Shown: piece after piece, positions 1-11,429 of the stretch
Layout of the letters: the number at the start of each line of letters is the position of its first letter
How positions within the stretch are numbered: the stretch's first letter is position 1
Source of the DNA: Podarcis muralis
Taxonomy: Eukaryota
DNA length: 64,000 nucleotides
Assembly: GCF_964188315.1 (NCBI RefSeq)
Contig: NC_135655.1
Coordinates: forward strand, 82,522,001-82,586,000
Direction of reading: 5' to 3'
Notes under the pieces: model-generated
What the model was told of the DNA's origin: nothing
The model's database searches: none
Seen by the model: the letters and a program-made list of their open reading frames with translations, nothing else
Program-made: the position numbers and the translations under genes

Positions 1-258
1 GAACTTGATTACAGGTTACCAGGCAGAGGGCCTTCTCAGTAGTGGCGCCCGCCCTGTGGAATGCCCTCCCATCAGATGTGAAGGAAATAAACAACTATCC
101 AACTTTCAGAAGACATCTGAAGGCAGCTCTGTTTAGGGAAATTTTTAATGTTTAAAGTTTTATTCTGTTTTTAATGTTCTGTTTAAAGCCACCCAGAGGG
201 CCTGGGGAAACCCAGCCAGATGGGCGGGGTAGAACTAATAAATTGTTGTTGTTGTTGT
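1..258 (+). mobile_element. L2 LINE 3' end with (TTG)n tail
   Basis: CAGAGGGCCTTCTCAGTAGTGGCGCCC...CTGAAGGCAGC...GGGAAACCCAGCCAGATGGGCGGGG then microsatellite tail; the same 3' end is attached to L2-type RT coding sequence at 22255 and 60151. Confidence 0.8.
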
Positions 259-261
259 TTA

Positions 262-700
262 TTCAGTTCACACTTTAGGGTGAATCTAATTTGCACATTC
301 CAAAACCATATTTTAGTTTTAAATGCAGTTGCTGCTTCTGTATCTTTACTGTTTACAACTAAGTTTATTATACATCACCTTGAGAGAGGTGTTTATGAGG
401 AGATTAGTAAATTGAATTGAGATTAGTAAATTGAATTCTGCAATGCGATTCTGCAGCCCGGTAATGTGTTCAGAATGAATCTACTAGTATAAAAGGTGCA
501 TAAAAATGCACACATGGTACATTGTAAAATGTGTATAGTAATCACAACTCCATAAAAAAATGTGACCATTAAGATACATTTACACGAACAGGCTGATAAA
601 ATTTCATTGAGGACTTTTTTTATAAATTGCAAATTCATGGAAATGTGGAGCGCTGAATTTAAGATTGGAAAAATGGAGACAGAAATTGAAATTGACACAG
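262..700 (+). mobile_element. Degenerate non-autonomous DNA transposon (TAGGGATG-ended, hAT-like MITE) remnant
   Basis: Shares AAATTTCATTGAGGACTTTTT...GAATTTAAGATTGGAA...GAAATTGACA body with 5099-5590, 10490-10880 and the complete copy at 21163-21534. Confidence 0.5.
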
Positions 701-702
701 AA

Positions 703-950
703 GAATAGAAGAGAAGCATCTAGTCCAATATCCTGTTCTCACAGTGGCCAATTACATGCCTGTGCGAAACCAGCAAGTGGGACCTGCGCACAAGAGCCCT
801 CTTCCCTCTTGAAGCTTCTAGCAAGTGGTATTCAGAACCATTACTGCCTCCCACTATGGAGGCAGAGCACAGCCATCAAGGCTAGTAGCCACACATAGCC
901 TTCTTCTCTATGAATTTATCCAATCATCCTTTGAAACTGTCCAGGTTGGG
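703..950 (-). mobile_element. CR1 LINE 3' UTR remnant
   Basis: CATCTAGTCCAATATCCTGTTCTCACAGTGGCCAA...GGCAGAGCACAGCCATC..GGCTAGTAGCC resembles the reverse complement of squamate CR1 3' ends (recognised from memory). Confidence 0.55.
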
Positions 951-1034
951 TGCAAGAAGCCTTTAGAGCTCCCTTCTCAGGTAGGGAGGGGAAAACCTAA
1001 GCTCCTTTGAGGCCCAATACACACCTTCAAAGCT

Positions 1035-1044
1035 TCCCATGGGG
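1035..1044. promoter_or_regulatory. O/E (EBF)-type site TCCCATGGGG
   Basis: Fits YCCCNNGGGR; paralog at 6058-6067 is TCCCTTGGGG, differing only at an N position. Confidence 0.3.
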
Positions 1045-2429
1045 GTTCAAATATGGAGGCTCGAACAAAATTCCCATTCATTCAGACTTAGTAATGGTTT
1101 ACAGGGCAGAATTCAAAGAGTCTATGAGAGCATTTCCTGTATTGTAAGATATATGTCATCTTAACCATTCATCCTCTACCCATGCGCCTTTTCCAACCCT
1201 AGCATCATACAATCTCTCATCCTACCACAGACCTTGGACATACTTACTCAACCCATTTTTCACTGTACATGTTAGAACCCTTCTTGTACTTAATATAAAG
1301 TGGCTTTTCAGTTTAACATTCAGATGTTTGGTGTTAGCAGGCTCAATGAAACCCCAAAGTTTTGAGGCCTGACCACAAAACTCAGAAGACAAGATAGGGA
1401 GGAATCTAAAGTGTACAGGTGCTTCTTTGCTTTCACAGCACTCACTCCATGAAGCTTGGAAATACAGGAGATGGTTGTGGCTTTTATTCGTCCTGTGCAT
1501 CTGCTCAGAGCAAATCCTTGATCCCAAACTCATTCCGGCTGAGTGAGTCAAGGCAGCCCATGATTCTCTTAGATCCACCTGGAGCAATCCAGTGTTTGTC
1601 AAAATGGAGAGGCAGTCAGGTGGTGAGGAGAGTGGGAAGTAGATGATGTAGTCAGACAATCCCACCGCCATTGTCTCCCTCTTCCCCCACTGCTTATTGC
1701 CAACCACATGTTTCATTAGGGCTTAATACCCTGGTTGAACCTGGGCTAGGAGGGGGGAGTGAGACAAGGTCACCAACCACACTGAGTTGTATAACCCTGA
1801 TTACACCTTCTCGGGTGGGGCAGGAAGACACACTGACCACATGTTCAATTAGAGCTTAAACCATTATCTTTTTAATTATGGCCTTTATAAAACTCCTGAT
1901 GAAATTTAGGGTCCAGGTTGCCTTGGGTTCAGATCAGTCTCAGCCAGATTGAAGCCTAATCATGATTCTTGAAATTATTTATTTCACAAAATTTATCTAA
2001 TGTTTCATAGTAAAAAAACAAAAACAAACCTCAAAGCAGTTTCTAAAACAATGGTTTAAAAAATCAGGATTGCCAAATTGGGCCAGGGCCAAATTATGAG
2101 TACTGTGCACAGCCCTAGTTTTTGACCCCATGGGCAATTGAAAAGAAAAACAATTTATCTTTCTTCAACTTAGGTGAGAAAGCAAAACTTGTTACTATTT
2201 AGGATCTATAAAAAGACACACTATTTCAGTCTAAATAACATGACACACTATATTTTTGCATTTCTTTCATTTTAAAATGTCATAAACTTGGGGAATAAAC
2301 ATAATTTTAAATAAGAAAAAAATTCAAAACATTTATATCAATACTGTACTCAGCTTTATTGACCAAAGCCATCTCCTTTACCATCTAACTACAGAGCGGA
2401 ATTATTCTATCTAAGTTTTGCATACTCTG

Positions 2430-2543
2430 TATTATCTGGGGAATATGTTCCCAAGTGGTGAACCAGTGCTTATATTAATTGCATAGTATCAAAGTGGGGT
2501 CTCCCACAACTGCAGAGCTGAGTTATTCTAGCTGGAGGTAAGA
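2430..2543 (+). promoter_or_regulatory. Putative promoter and non-coding first exon of OR at 3347
   Basis: TTCCCAAGTGG (O/E-like), TATATTAATTG (homeodomain TAATTG 2476-2481), donor GAG|GTAAGA at 2537/2538; nearly identical in the paralog while the downstream intron carries many indels. Confidence 0.5.
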
Positions 2544-3346
2544 TACTAGGAGATGGTACCATCCATCTCTTCATGCATTCAAGCTAATCTCCATTTAGTT
2601 TCAGTGCTCATTTTAAAAATGCAGTTGCCAAATGGGAAAGGAGTTACTGTACTTTAAAGCCTGAGAGAAACAGGAGCTGCATGAGGAACGAGTCGGGAAA
2701 TTGGCTTGTATTCAGATTGGTGAGTTTCTTCAGTCCTATACCATCTATTAGGATTAGATGAAGTACGGTATATTTTTTACCTGTGTTATGCAACAAAGTG
2801 CTACTAGGCCTCAAAATAGGTGACAGAGGATGGTTCACTGCAGGAGACGAGGGAGAAATTTGGTCCTCTTCACACTTGAATGTGAAACTACATAGTTTGC
2901 TGTTGTTAAAGCAATGCAAAGGCCAAAACATGCCTGTCCTTCAAAATTTCCACTTCTTTGAACTTTCCCATGCAAAAGCTGCATATAGAGGGAAGGTTCT
3001 CATAAATAGTCATATATACATGAAATACAACATATATAGATTAATTATATCAAGCAACGTTGCTTACAGATATGTCCATTTTAAGAAAAAATGAATACTG
3101 AGCAGCTTATGAATTTCCAAAAGGACTTAAAAAAAATACTTGAACTGGCAAGGAATTATGGCATGGTGAAGATTCAAAAAATGAGAAACTGATATAGATA
3201 GATTTGTCCAGCCATACATTTGCAGTAATTCAAATTTCAAAACCTCAAGGCAGGGTTAATCTCAAGGGTTAGATCAGAAAGATGTTTATAAACTAATAAG
3301 ACTTCACTTTCATTTTCCTTTCAGGTCAGATAACATTATTGGCAAC

Positions 3347-4300
3347 ATGAATAAGGCAAATGACAGCTCAGTGACTGAATTTCTCTTGCTGGGCTTTTCT
3401 GTCTTTGGAAAGAAACCAACTCTACTTTTCCTGGGTTTCTCTCTTATATATGGCACGATCCTGGTCTTCAACCTCACCATCATGTCTGTCATCCTGTTTG
3501 ACCGGACTTTACACAGCCCCATGTACTTTCTACTCTTTGCATTCTCCGCATCAGAAACCTGCAGCACATTTGCCACCATCCCCAAGTTGCTGGTAACCCT
3601 GGTGACAGGCAGTCAATCCATTTCCTTTGTCGGGTGTGCCATGCAGATGTTTTCCTTTTCTGTATTTGGAGCAAACAACTGTTTCCTGCTTGCTGCTATG
3701 GCTTACGATCGGTATGTGGCAATATGCTGCCCACTTCAGTACCATATACTGATGAACAAAAGGGTTTGTACCCAAATGGTAGCGGCTTCATGTGTAACTG
3801 GATGTATCATAGCACTGAGTATTAATACCCTCATTTTTAGGTTACCCTTCTGTGGGTCAAACGGAATCAGGCATTTCTTTTGTGATTTCCTACCTGTGCT
3901 GAGGCTGGCTTGCATTGATGAATCGGTCTTACACTTGACTAACATTGCAATCATTATTTTCTGTGCCATTGTTTTGCTGGGCACCCTCATGGTGATGTTT
4001 GTCTCATACCATTACATCATTTCTGCCATCCTAAGGATCCCCTCCAGTGTAGGAAGGCAGAAAGCCTTCTCCACGTGTGCCTCCCACCTCACAGTGGTGA
4101 TAACACACTTTGGGTGTGCATCCTTTGTGTATTTGAGACCCAAGTCTTCCTCATCGCTAGATCAGGACACATTGATCTCAGTGACCTATGTCTTTCTAAC
4201 CCCTCTACTGAACCCTGTGATTTATACCTTAAGAAATAGGGACGTTAAAATAGCCATAAAGAACTTAGTTGTGCACTCATTCCGTTCTCAGAAACTGTGA
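3347..4300 (+). CDS. Olfactory receptor, class II, OR10-family-like, 317 aa
   Basis: [38 protein letters not shown] motifs; N-glycan sequon NDS; acceptor TTTTCCTTTCAG ends at 3324, 22 nt before ATG. Confidence 0.96.
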   Translation: MNKANDSSVTEFLLLGFSVFGKKPTLLFLGFSLIYGTILVFNLTIMSVILFDRTLHSPMYFLLFAFSASETCSTFATIPKLLVTLVTGSQSISFVGCAMQMFSFSVFGANNCFLLAAMAYDRYVAICCPLQYHILMNKRVCTQMVAASCVTGCIIALSINTLIFRLPFCGSNGIRHFFCDFLPVLRLACIDESVLHLTNIAIIIFCAIVLLGTLMVMFVSYHYIISAILRIPSSVGRQKAFSTCASHLTVVITHFGCASFVYLRPKSSSSLDQDTLISVTYVFLTPLLNPVIYTLRNRDVKIAIKNLVVHSFRSQKL

Positions 4301-5098
4301 AGAGAAGATATTTTGACCTTTTTGCCAATGCAAACATGCAAGTCCTGATTGAGAATGCAGTTGTTTAAGCTGTGGCTGTTAGTTGACATGCGAAATAAAC
4401 TTCGATACGTTTTAGGTTGGGACCATTTTGTAGGAGATAAGGGTACCCCACTTCTCCCATACTCTCTGGTTCCAATCCTGATCATGTCCACCAGTGATTG
4501 CCATTTTCAGTTTTCAAAAATACAAGGAATGTCAATCCAAATATCGAACATTATGGGTAGTTCGTCCTTAGTTTTAAATAACAACATGCCGTTCCCTAAT
4601 ACAGTTTGCCAGTTCTCTGTTTCAGTATTTGTACCTGAATAAATATTTACTCAAAAAATCTGTATGCAGTAATTTGTACTCAAAGGGTTGGTACAAAAAT
4701 GTGACCATTAAGATACATTTACACAAACAGGCTGATAAAATTTCATTGAGGACTTTTTTAAGAAATCGCAAATTCATGGACATATGGAGCGCTGAAGGGA
4801 GAGTCAATGTCTTGCCTTCAGATATTTGGTGGACTAGAACTCTCATCAGGGTAAACTGACTGGCCACCCATGTCCTTGGCTGTTGTGGGAACTTCATTCT
4901 CAGATTGACTCAGGAGGATCCCCTCCCTTTCTGTGATATCTGGAAGCAAAGGGGTGGAGCCCTCTCCCAAGTCTGTTCTTCATCTGTCCCGATCACCAAC
5001 TTCTGAATCCCCTATCTCCTCCTGTGACAGACCCACCATGTCCCACTTGGCACCATGGGGTCCATAGCATTCAGTCACCTTTCAAAATATCCTGAATA

Positions 5099-5590
5099 AG
5101 GACGGGGGCAGGAACTTGATTCAGTTCACATTTTATGGTGAATGTAATTTGCACATTCCAAAACCATATTTTAGTTTCAAATGCATTTGCTGTTTTTGTA
5201 TTTTAACTGTTTACAACTAAGTTTATTATACATCAGCTTGAGAGAGGTGTTTATGAGGACATTAGTAAATCATTCATAATAATACTGAAACACAGGAATC
5301 CTTTGAAATTCACACTTCTCTGAATTCTGCAATGCAGTTCTGCAGCCCAGTAATGTGTTCAGAATGAATATACTAGTATAAACAGTGCATAAAATGCATA
5401 TATGGTACATTTTAAATTGTGTCTAGTAATCACAACTGCATAAAAAAATGTGACTATTAAGATACATTTACACAAACAGGCTGATAAAATTTCATTGAGG
5501 ACTTTTTTAATAAATCGCAAATTCATTGACATATGGAGCGCTGAATTTAAGATTGGAAGAATGAGAGACAGAAATTGAAATTGACACAGA
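5099..5590 (+). mobile_element. hAT-like MITE remnant (same family as 21163-21534) with ~120 bp internal insert
   Basis: Begins TAAGGACGGGGG (degenerate TAGGGATGGGG); body matches 262-700 and 10490-10880. Confidence 0.5.
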
Positions 5591-5591
5591 A

Positions 5592-5975
5592 GAATAGAAG
5601 AGGAGCATCTAATCCAATATCCTGTTCTCACAGTGGCCAACTGCAAGCCTCTGGGAAACCAGCAAGTGGGACCTTCGCACAAGTGCCCTCTTCCCTCTAG
5701 TACCTTCTAGCAAGTGGTATTCAGAACCATTACTGCCTCCCACTATGGAGGCAGAGCACAGCCATCAAGGCTAGTAGCAACACATAGCTGCCTGCGCACG
5801 TGGGACCTGCACACAAGAGTCCTCTTCCCTCTTGTACCTTCTAGCAAGTGGTATTCAGAACCAATACTGCCTCTGACTATGGAGGCAGAGCACAGCCATC
5901 AAGGCTAGTAGCCACACATAGCCTTCTTCTCTATGGATTTGTCCAATCATCCTTTGAAGCTGTCCAGGTCAGGTG
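5592..5975 (-). mobile_element. CR1 3' UTR remnant with an internal 134-bp tandem duplication
   Basis: GCAAGTGGTATTCAGAACC...GGCTAGTAGC occurs at 5710 and 5844; single in the unit 1 copy. Confidence 0.55.
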
Positions 5976-6883
5976 CAAGAAGCCTTTAGAGCTCCCTTCT
6001 CAGGTAGGGAGGGGGAAACCTAAGATCCTTTGAGGCCCAATACACACCTTCAAAGCTTCCCTTGGGGGTTCAAATATGGAGGCTCGAACAAAATTCCCAT
6101 TCATTCAGACTTAGTAATGGTTTACAGGGCAGAATTCAAAGAGTCTATGAGAGCATTTCCTGTATGGTAAGATATATGTCAACTTAACCATTCATCCTTT
6201 ACCCATTCGCCTTCTCCCACGCTAGCATCCTACAATCTCTCATCCTACCACAGACCTTGGACATACTTACTCAACCCATTTTTTACTGTACATTTTAGAA
6301 CCCTCCTTGTACTTTATATAGAGTGGCTTATAATTTTAACATTCAGACGTTCGGTGTTAGCAGGCTTAGTGAAACCCAAAAGTTTTGTGGCCTGACCACA
6401 AAACTGGTAAGACAAGGTAAGGTGGAACCAAATGTGTACAGGTGTTCTTTTGCTGCAACAGCACTCACTCCATGAAATTTGCAAATACAGGAGATGGTTG
6501 TGGCCCTTTATTCGTCCTGTGCATCTCCTCAGAGCAAATCCTTGATCCCAAACTCATTCCAGCTGAGTGAGTCAAGGCAGCCCATGATTCTCTTAGGTCA
6601 ATCCCACGTGGAGCAATCCAGTGTTTGTCAAAATGGAGAGGCAGTCAGGTGGTGAGGAGAGTGGGAAGGAGATGATGTAGTCAGACAATCCCACCTCCAT
6701 TGTCTCCCTCTTCCCCCACTACTTATTGCCAACCACATGTTTCATTAGGGCTTAATACCCTGGTTGAACCTCGTCTAGGAGGGGGAAGTGAGACAAGGTC
6801 ACCAACCACACTGAGTTGTATAACCCTGATTACACCTTCTCGGGTGGGGCAGGAAGACACACTGACCACATGTTCAATTAGAG

Positions 6884-7021
6884 CAGCCTTTTTCAACCTA
6901 TGGGTCCCCAGATGTTGTTGGTCTACAACTCCCATCACCCCTAGCTAGCAAGGCCAGAGCTCAGGGATGATGGGAGTTGTAGTCCAGCAACATCTGGGGA
7001 CCCACAGGTTGAGAACTGCTG
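6884..7021. mobile_element. hAT-type foldback MITE, 138 bp
   Basis: 8-bp TSD AATTAGAG at 6876-6883 and 7022-7029; termini CAGCC..TCAACCT / AGGTTGAGAACTGCTG; empty site AATTAGAG at 1847-1854 in the paralog. Confidence 0.92.
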
Positions 7022-7599
7022 AATTAGAGCTTAAACTGTTATGTTTTTAATTACAGCCTTTATAAAATTCCTGATGAAATTTAGGGTCCAGGTTGCCTTG
7101 GGTTCAGATCAGTCTCAGCCAGATTGAAGCCTAATCATGATTCTTGAAATTATTTATTTCACAAAATGTATCTAATGTTTCATAGTAAAAAAAACAAAAA
7201 CAAACCTCAAAGCAGTTTCTAAAACAATGGTTTAAAAAATCAGGATTGCCAAATTGGGCCATGGCCAGATTATGAGTACTGTGCACAGCCCTAGTTTTTA
7301 ACCCCATGGGCAATTGAAAAGAACGACAATTTATCTCTCTACAACTTAGGTGAGAAAGCAAAATTTATTACTGTTTAGGATCTATAAAAAGACACACCAT
7401 TTCAGTCTAAATAACATGACACATTATATTTTTGCATTTTTTCTTTTTAAAATGTCATAAACTTGGGGAATAAACATAATTTTAAAGAAGAAATAAATTC
7501 AAAACATTTATATCAATACTCAGCTTTATTGACCAAACCCTTCTCCTTTACCATCTAACTCCAGAGCGGAATTATTCTATCTAAGTTTTGCATACTCTG

Positions 7600-7713
7600 T
7601 ATTATCTCGGGAATATGTTCCCAAGTGGTGAACCAGTGCTTATATTAATTGCATAGTATCAAAGTGGGGTCTCCCACAACTACAGAGCTGCGTTATTCTA
7701 GCTGGAGGTAAGA
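7600..7713 (+). promoter_or_regulatory. Putative promoter and non-coding first exon of OR at 8517
   Basis: Paralog of 2430-2543; TAATTG 7646-7651; donor GAG|GTAAGA at 7707/7708. Confidence 0.5.
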
Positions 7714-8516
7714 TACAGGAGATGGTAGCATCCATCTCTTCATGCATTGAAGCTAGTCTCCATTTAGTTTCCGTGCTCATTTTAAAAATGCACCAGGAAT
7801 GGAGTTGCTCTTAAAGCCTGAGAGAGTAACAGAAGCTGCATGAGGAACAAGTCAGAAAATCTGCTTGTATTGGAGGGTTTCTTCAGTCCTATACCATCTG
7901 TTAGGATTAGACGAAGCATCTTTTTTACCGGTGTTATGTAAGAAAGTCTAAGAAGACAGAGATCATTTATTTTCAAAGTGCTACTCAGCCTGAAAATAGG
8001 TGACAGGGGATGGTTCACTGCAGGAGACGAGGGAGAAATTTGGGCTTCTTCACACTTGAATGCAAAACGACATAGTTTGCTATTGTTAAAGCAATGCACA
8101 GGCCAAAACATACCTGTCCTTCAAAATTACCACTTCTTTGAACTTTCTCATGACAAATCTGCATATAGAGGGAAGGTGCTCATAAATATCTATATATACA
8201 TGAAAGACAATATATATAGATTAATTATATTCGGCAACTTTGCTTACAGATTTGTGCATATTAGGAACAAATGGATACTAAACTGCTTATAAATTTACAA
8301 AATGGCTTTTAAAAAACACTTGCTTGGTGAAGATTCAAAAAATGAGAAACTGATATAGATAGATTTGTCCAGCCATACATTTTCAGTAATTCCAATGTAC
8401 TGTATTTCAAAACCTCAAGGCAGGGTTAATGTCAAGGGTTAAATCAGAAACATGTTTATAAACTAATAAGACTTCACTTTCATTTTCCTTTCAGGTCAGA
8501 TAACATTATTGGCAAC

Positions 8517-9470
8517 ATGAATAAGGGAAATGACAGCTCAGTGACTGAATTTCTCTTGCTGGGCTTTTCTGTCTTTGGAAAGAAACCAACTCTACTTTTC
8601 CTGGGTTTCTCTCTTATATATGGCACGATCCTGGTCTTCAACCTCACCATCATGTCTGTCATCCTGTTTGACCGGACTTTACACAGCCCCATGTACTTTC
8701 TACTCTTTGCATTCTCCGCATCAGAAACCTGCAGCACATTTGCCACCATCCCCAAATTGCTGTTGACCCTGGTGACAGGCAGTCAATCCATTTCCTTTGT
8801 TGGGTGTGCCATGCAGCAATTTTGTTTCTTTGGATTCTCTGGAAGCAACTGTTTCCTGCTTGTTTCTATGGCTTACGATCGGTATGTGGCAATATGCTGC
8901 CCACTTCAGTACCATATACTGATGAACAAAAGGGTTTGTACCCAAATGGTAGCTGTTTCATGTACAATTGGATGCATCATATCACTAAGTATTAATACTC
9001 TCATTTTCAGGTTGCCCTTCTGTGGGCCAAATGGAATCAAGCATTTCTTTTGTGATTTCCTACCTGTGCTGAGGCTGGCTTGCATTGATGAATCAGTTTT
9101 GCATTTGACTAACATTGCAATCATTATTTTGAGTGCCATTCTTTTGCTGGGCACAGTCATGGTGATGTTTGTCTCATACCTTTACATCATTTCTGCCATC
9201 CTAAGGATCCCCTCCAGTGTAGGAAGGCAGAAAGCCTTCTCCACATGTGCCTCCCACCTCACAGTGGTGATAACACACTTTGGGTGTGCATCCTTTGTGT
9301 ATTTGAGACCCGAGTCTTCCTCATCGCTAGATCAGGAAACATTGATCTCAGTGACTTATGTCTTTCTAACCCCTCTACTGAACCCTGTGATTTATACCTT
9401 AAGAAACAGGGAAGTTAAAATAGCCATAAAGAAATTACTAGCGCACTCATTCCATTGTCGGAAACTGTGA
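8517..9470 (+). CDS. Olfactory receptor, class II, OR10-family-like, 317 aa (paralog of 3347)
   Basis: All OR motifs intact; acceptor ends at 8494. Confidence 0.96.
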   Translation: MNKGNDSSVTEFLLLGFSVFGKKPTLLFLGFSLIYGTILVFNLTIMSVILFDRTLHSPMYFLLFAFSASETCSTFATIPKLLLTLVTGSQSISFVGCAMQQFCFFGFSGSNCFLLVSMAYDRYVAICCPLQYHILMNKRVCTQMVAVSCTIGCIISLSINTLIFRLPFCGPNGIKHFFCDFLPVLRLACIDESVLHLTNIAIIILSAILLLGTVMVMFVSYLYIISAILRIPSSVGRQKAFSTCASHLTVVITHFGCASFVYLRPESSSSLDQETLISVTYVFLTPLLNPVIYTLRNREVKIAIKKLLAHSFHCRKL

Positions 9471-9979
9471 ACAGAAGGCATTTTGACATTCTGTTAATGG
9501 AATCCAAACCCTGATGGAGGATGCAGTTGATTCAGCAGGGCCTGCTACTTAACATGAGAGGGTAGCTTGAGAGCATTTTACTGTTGGAAGAAAACTAAAT
9601 CCCCTCCCCCACATTCTCCGGTTCCAGTCCTGATCACATTCCCCAATGACTGCTGTTTACAGTTTTCCAAAATACATGGAATGCCAATCCACACATTTAA
9701 CGTTATTGTGCCCTGAATAGCACAATAATACATTTCTATAGTACAGCTTGCCTATCCAGTTCATCAGTATTTGTCCTTGAGCGATGAATATTAACTTAAT
9801 GAATCAGTACACAGTGATTTGTACTGTGAGAATTGCTGGATGTGAGTCATACAGAATATACTATGGAAATCCAACATATGTTCATTTTCATATTTTTTTT
9901 GAGAGAATGGATGGTGTATAATTGTCCCTATTAAACTAGAATGTTGTTCCTAAGCAATGATACTGCTTCTTTTATCATC

Positions 9980-10336
9980 TAAACCACTGAGCCTAGGGCT
10001 TGCCGATCGGAAGTTCGGTGGTTCGAATCCCCATAATGGGGTGAGCTCCCGTTGCTCGGTCCCAGCTCCTGCCAGCCTAGCAGTTCGAAAGCATGTCAAA
10101 GTGCAAGCAGATAAATAGGTACTGCTCCGGCAGGAAGGTAAACGGCGTTTCCGTGTACTGCTCTGGTTTCGGTGTTCGGTTGCGCCAGAAGCAGCTTAGT
10201 CATGCTGGCCACATGACCCGGAAAAACTGTCTGCAGACAAACGCCAGTTCCGTTTGGCCAGTAAAGTGAGATGAGCGCCGCAACCCCAGAGTCGTTCGTG
10301 ACTGGACTTAACAGTAAGGGATCCTTTACCTTTTAC
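9980..10336 (+). mobile_element. Sauria SINE (Squam1), slightly 5'-truncated
   Basis: AAACCACTGAGCCTAGGGCTTGCCGATCGGAAG..GGTTCGAATCCCC (B box), body GCTCCCGTTGCTCGGTCCCAGCTCCTGCC, tail CCTTTACCTTTTAC. Confidence 0.88.
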
Positions 10337-10489
10337 TGACAATGTAAATGAGCCAAATGAAAAGTGATTTGGGATTGCAGGATCTACTTTCCTTTTTCGT
10401 TTAATCCTGAGGCTGAACTACTGGCGCCAGATGTAAAATAATGGCAAGGTTGGAACCAGACATACTTTGAATTAAACAGGGTCCCTCTT

Positions 10490-10880
10490 TATTGTGCATC
10501 ACCTTGAGGGAGGTATTTGAAATGTGATTAATAAATCAGTAATTATAATAGAACTGAAACACAGCAATCCTTTGAATTTTTCACTTTTCTGAATTTTGTG
10601 ATGTGGTTCTACAGCCAAGTAATTGTACAAATTGCATATACCAGTGTGAACTGTGCATAAAAATGACATTTTAGTGAAAATTGCTTTGCAAAATGTAAAT
10701 CTTGGTCACAACTGAAGGCAAAAATATGAATATTAATAGTAATTCACACAAACATGCAGATGAATTTTCATGAGGAGTATTTTTTTAAAATGCAAATCCA
10801 TGGACATGTTGAGAACTGAACTTAAGAGTCAACAAATGAAAAATGGAGGGGAATTGAAACTGACAGATTCACCCAACCCA
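10490..10880 (+). mobile_element. Older, more diverged copy of the hAT-like MITE at 262-700/5099-5590
   Basis: ATCACCTTGAG.GAGGT.TTT insert tail plus ACTGAAACACAG.AATCCTTTGAA and GAAACTGACAGATTCACCCA end. Confidence 0.5.
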
Positions 10881-11093
10881 GTGCTGAAGATGCAGCTTTT
10901 TGTTATGGCCTCTGAAAGCTGAACCGTATTATTATGACCCTCCTGAAAAGGGTAAATGAATGTATCAGTTTTTCCTTTGTATTGATGGTTGGTTTTATTC
11001 CATTTTAAACTATTGTTTACTCTGGAACCTTATGATGAAGAGTGGGTGAGAAATCTAATAAATAAATATAAATACGTTGTTGTTGTCGTCGTT

Positions 11094-11160
11094 AGAATCA
11101 TAGAATGGTAGAGTTGGAAGGGACCCCAAGGGTCATCTAGTCCACCTCCCTGCAATGCAG
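11094..11160 (-). mobile_element. CR1 extreme 3' end
   Basis: AGAATCATAGAATGGTAGAGTTGGAAGGGACCCCAAGGGTCATCTAGTCC is the reverse complement of the CR1 (ATTCTATG)n tail region. Confidence 0.7.
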
Positions 11161-11429
11161 GGGGTTGTTGTTAGTATTCAACACAGGTTTGCTGTCCTGG
11201 GATCGTAAATTCACAAATGTATTTTATAGCTTTCTTCTGGAATGACCGCTCCCCGCTTAAAACGGGGGGCGCCCTTTGCGTGGACGCGTGCAGCCCCCAG
11301 ATCTGGAGCGGCTCCAACAGCATAGGCTTGGCCTTGCCTTCCCTCAGGTGGGATACCTGGAGGTCTCCGCCTGTGGATATATAGGATTGCAACATTATTC
11401 TTCATTTTCAGATCATTACTAGATGATTA

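Larger units (their letters stand above)
262..4680 (+). repeat. Tandem segmental duplication unit 1 (paralogous to 5120-9830)
   Basis: Collinear similarity from TTCAGTTCACA.TTTA.GGTGAAT at 262/5120 through the OR and its 3' flank; OR offset 5170 bp. Confidence 0.9.
5120..9830 (+). repeat. Tandem segmental duplication unit 2 (paralogous to 262-4680)
   Basis: Collinear paralogy; carries an extra 134-bp internal duplication and a MITE absent from unit 1. Confidence 0.9.

Noticed and set aside
3310-3990. Short antisense and alternate-frame ORFs repeated over each OR
   Set aside because: Shadows of OR codon structure, repeated only because the genes are paralogs
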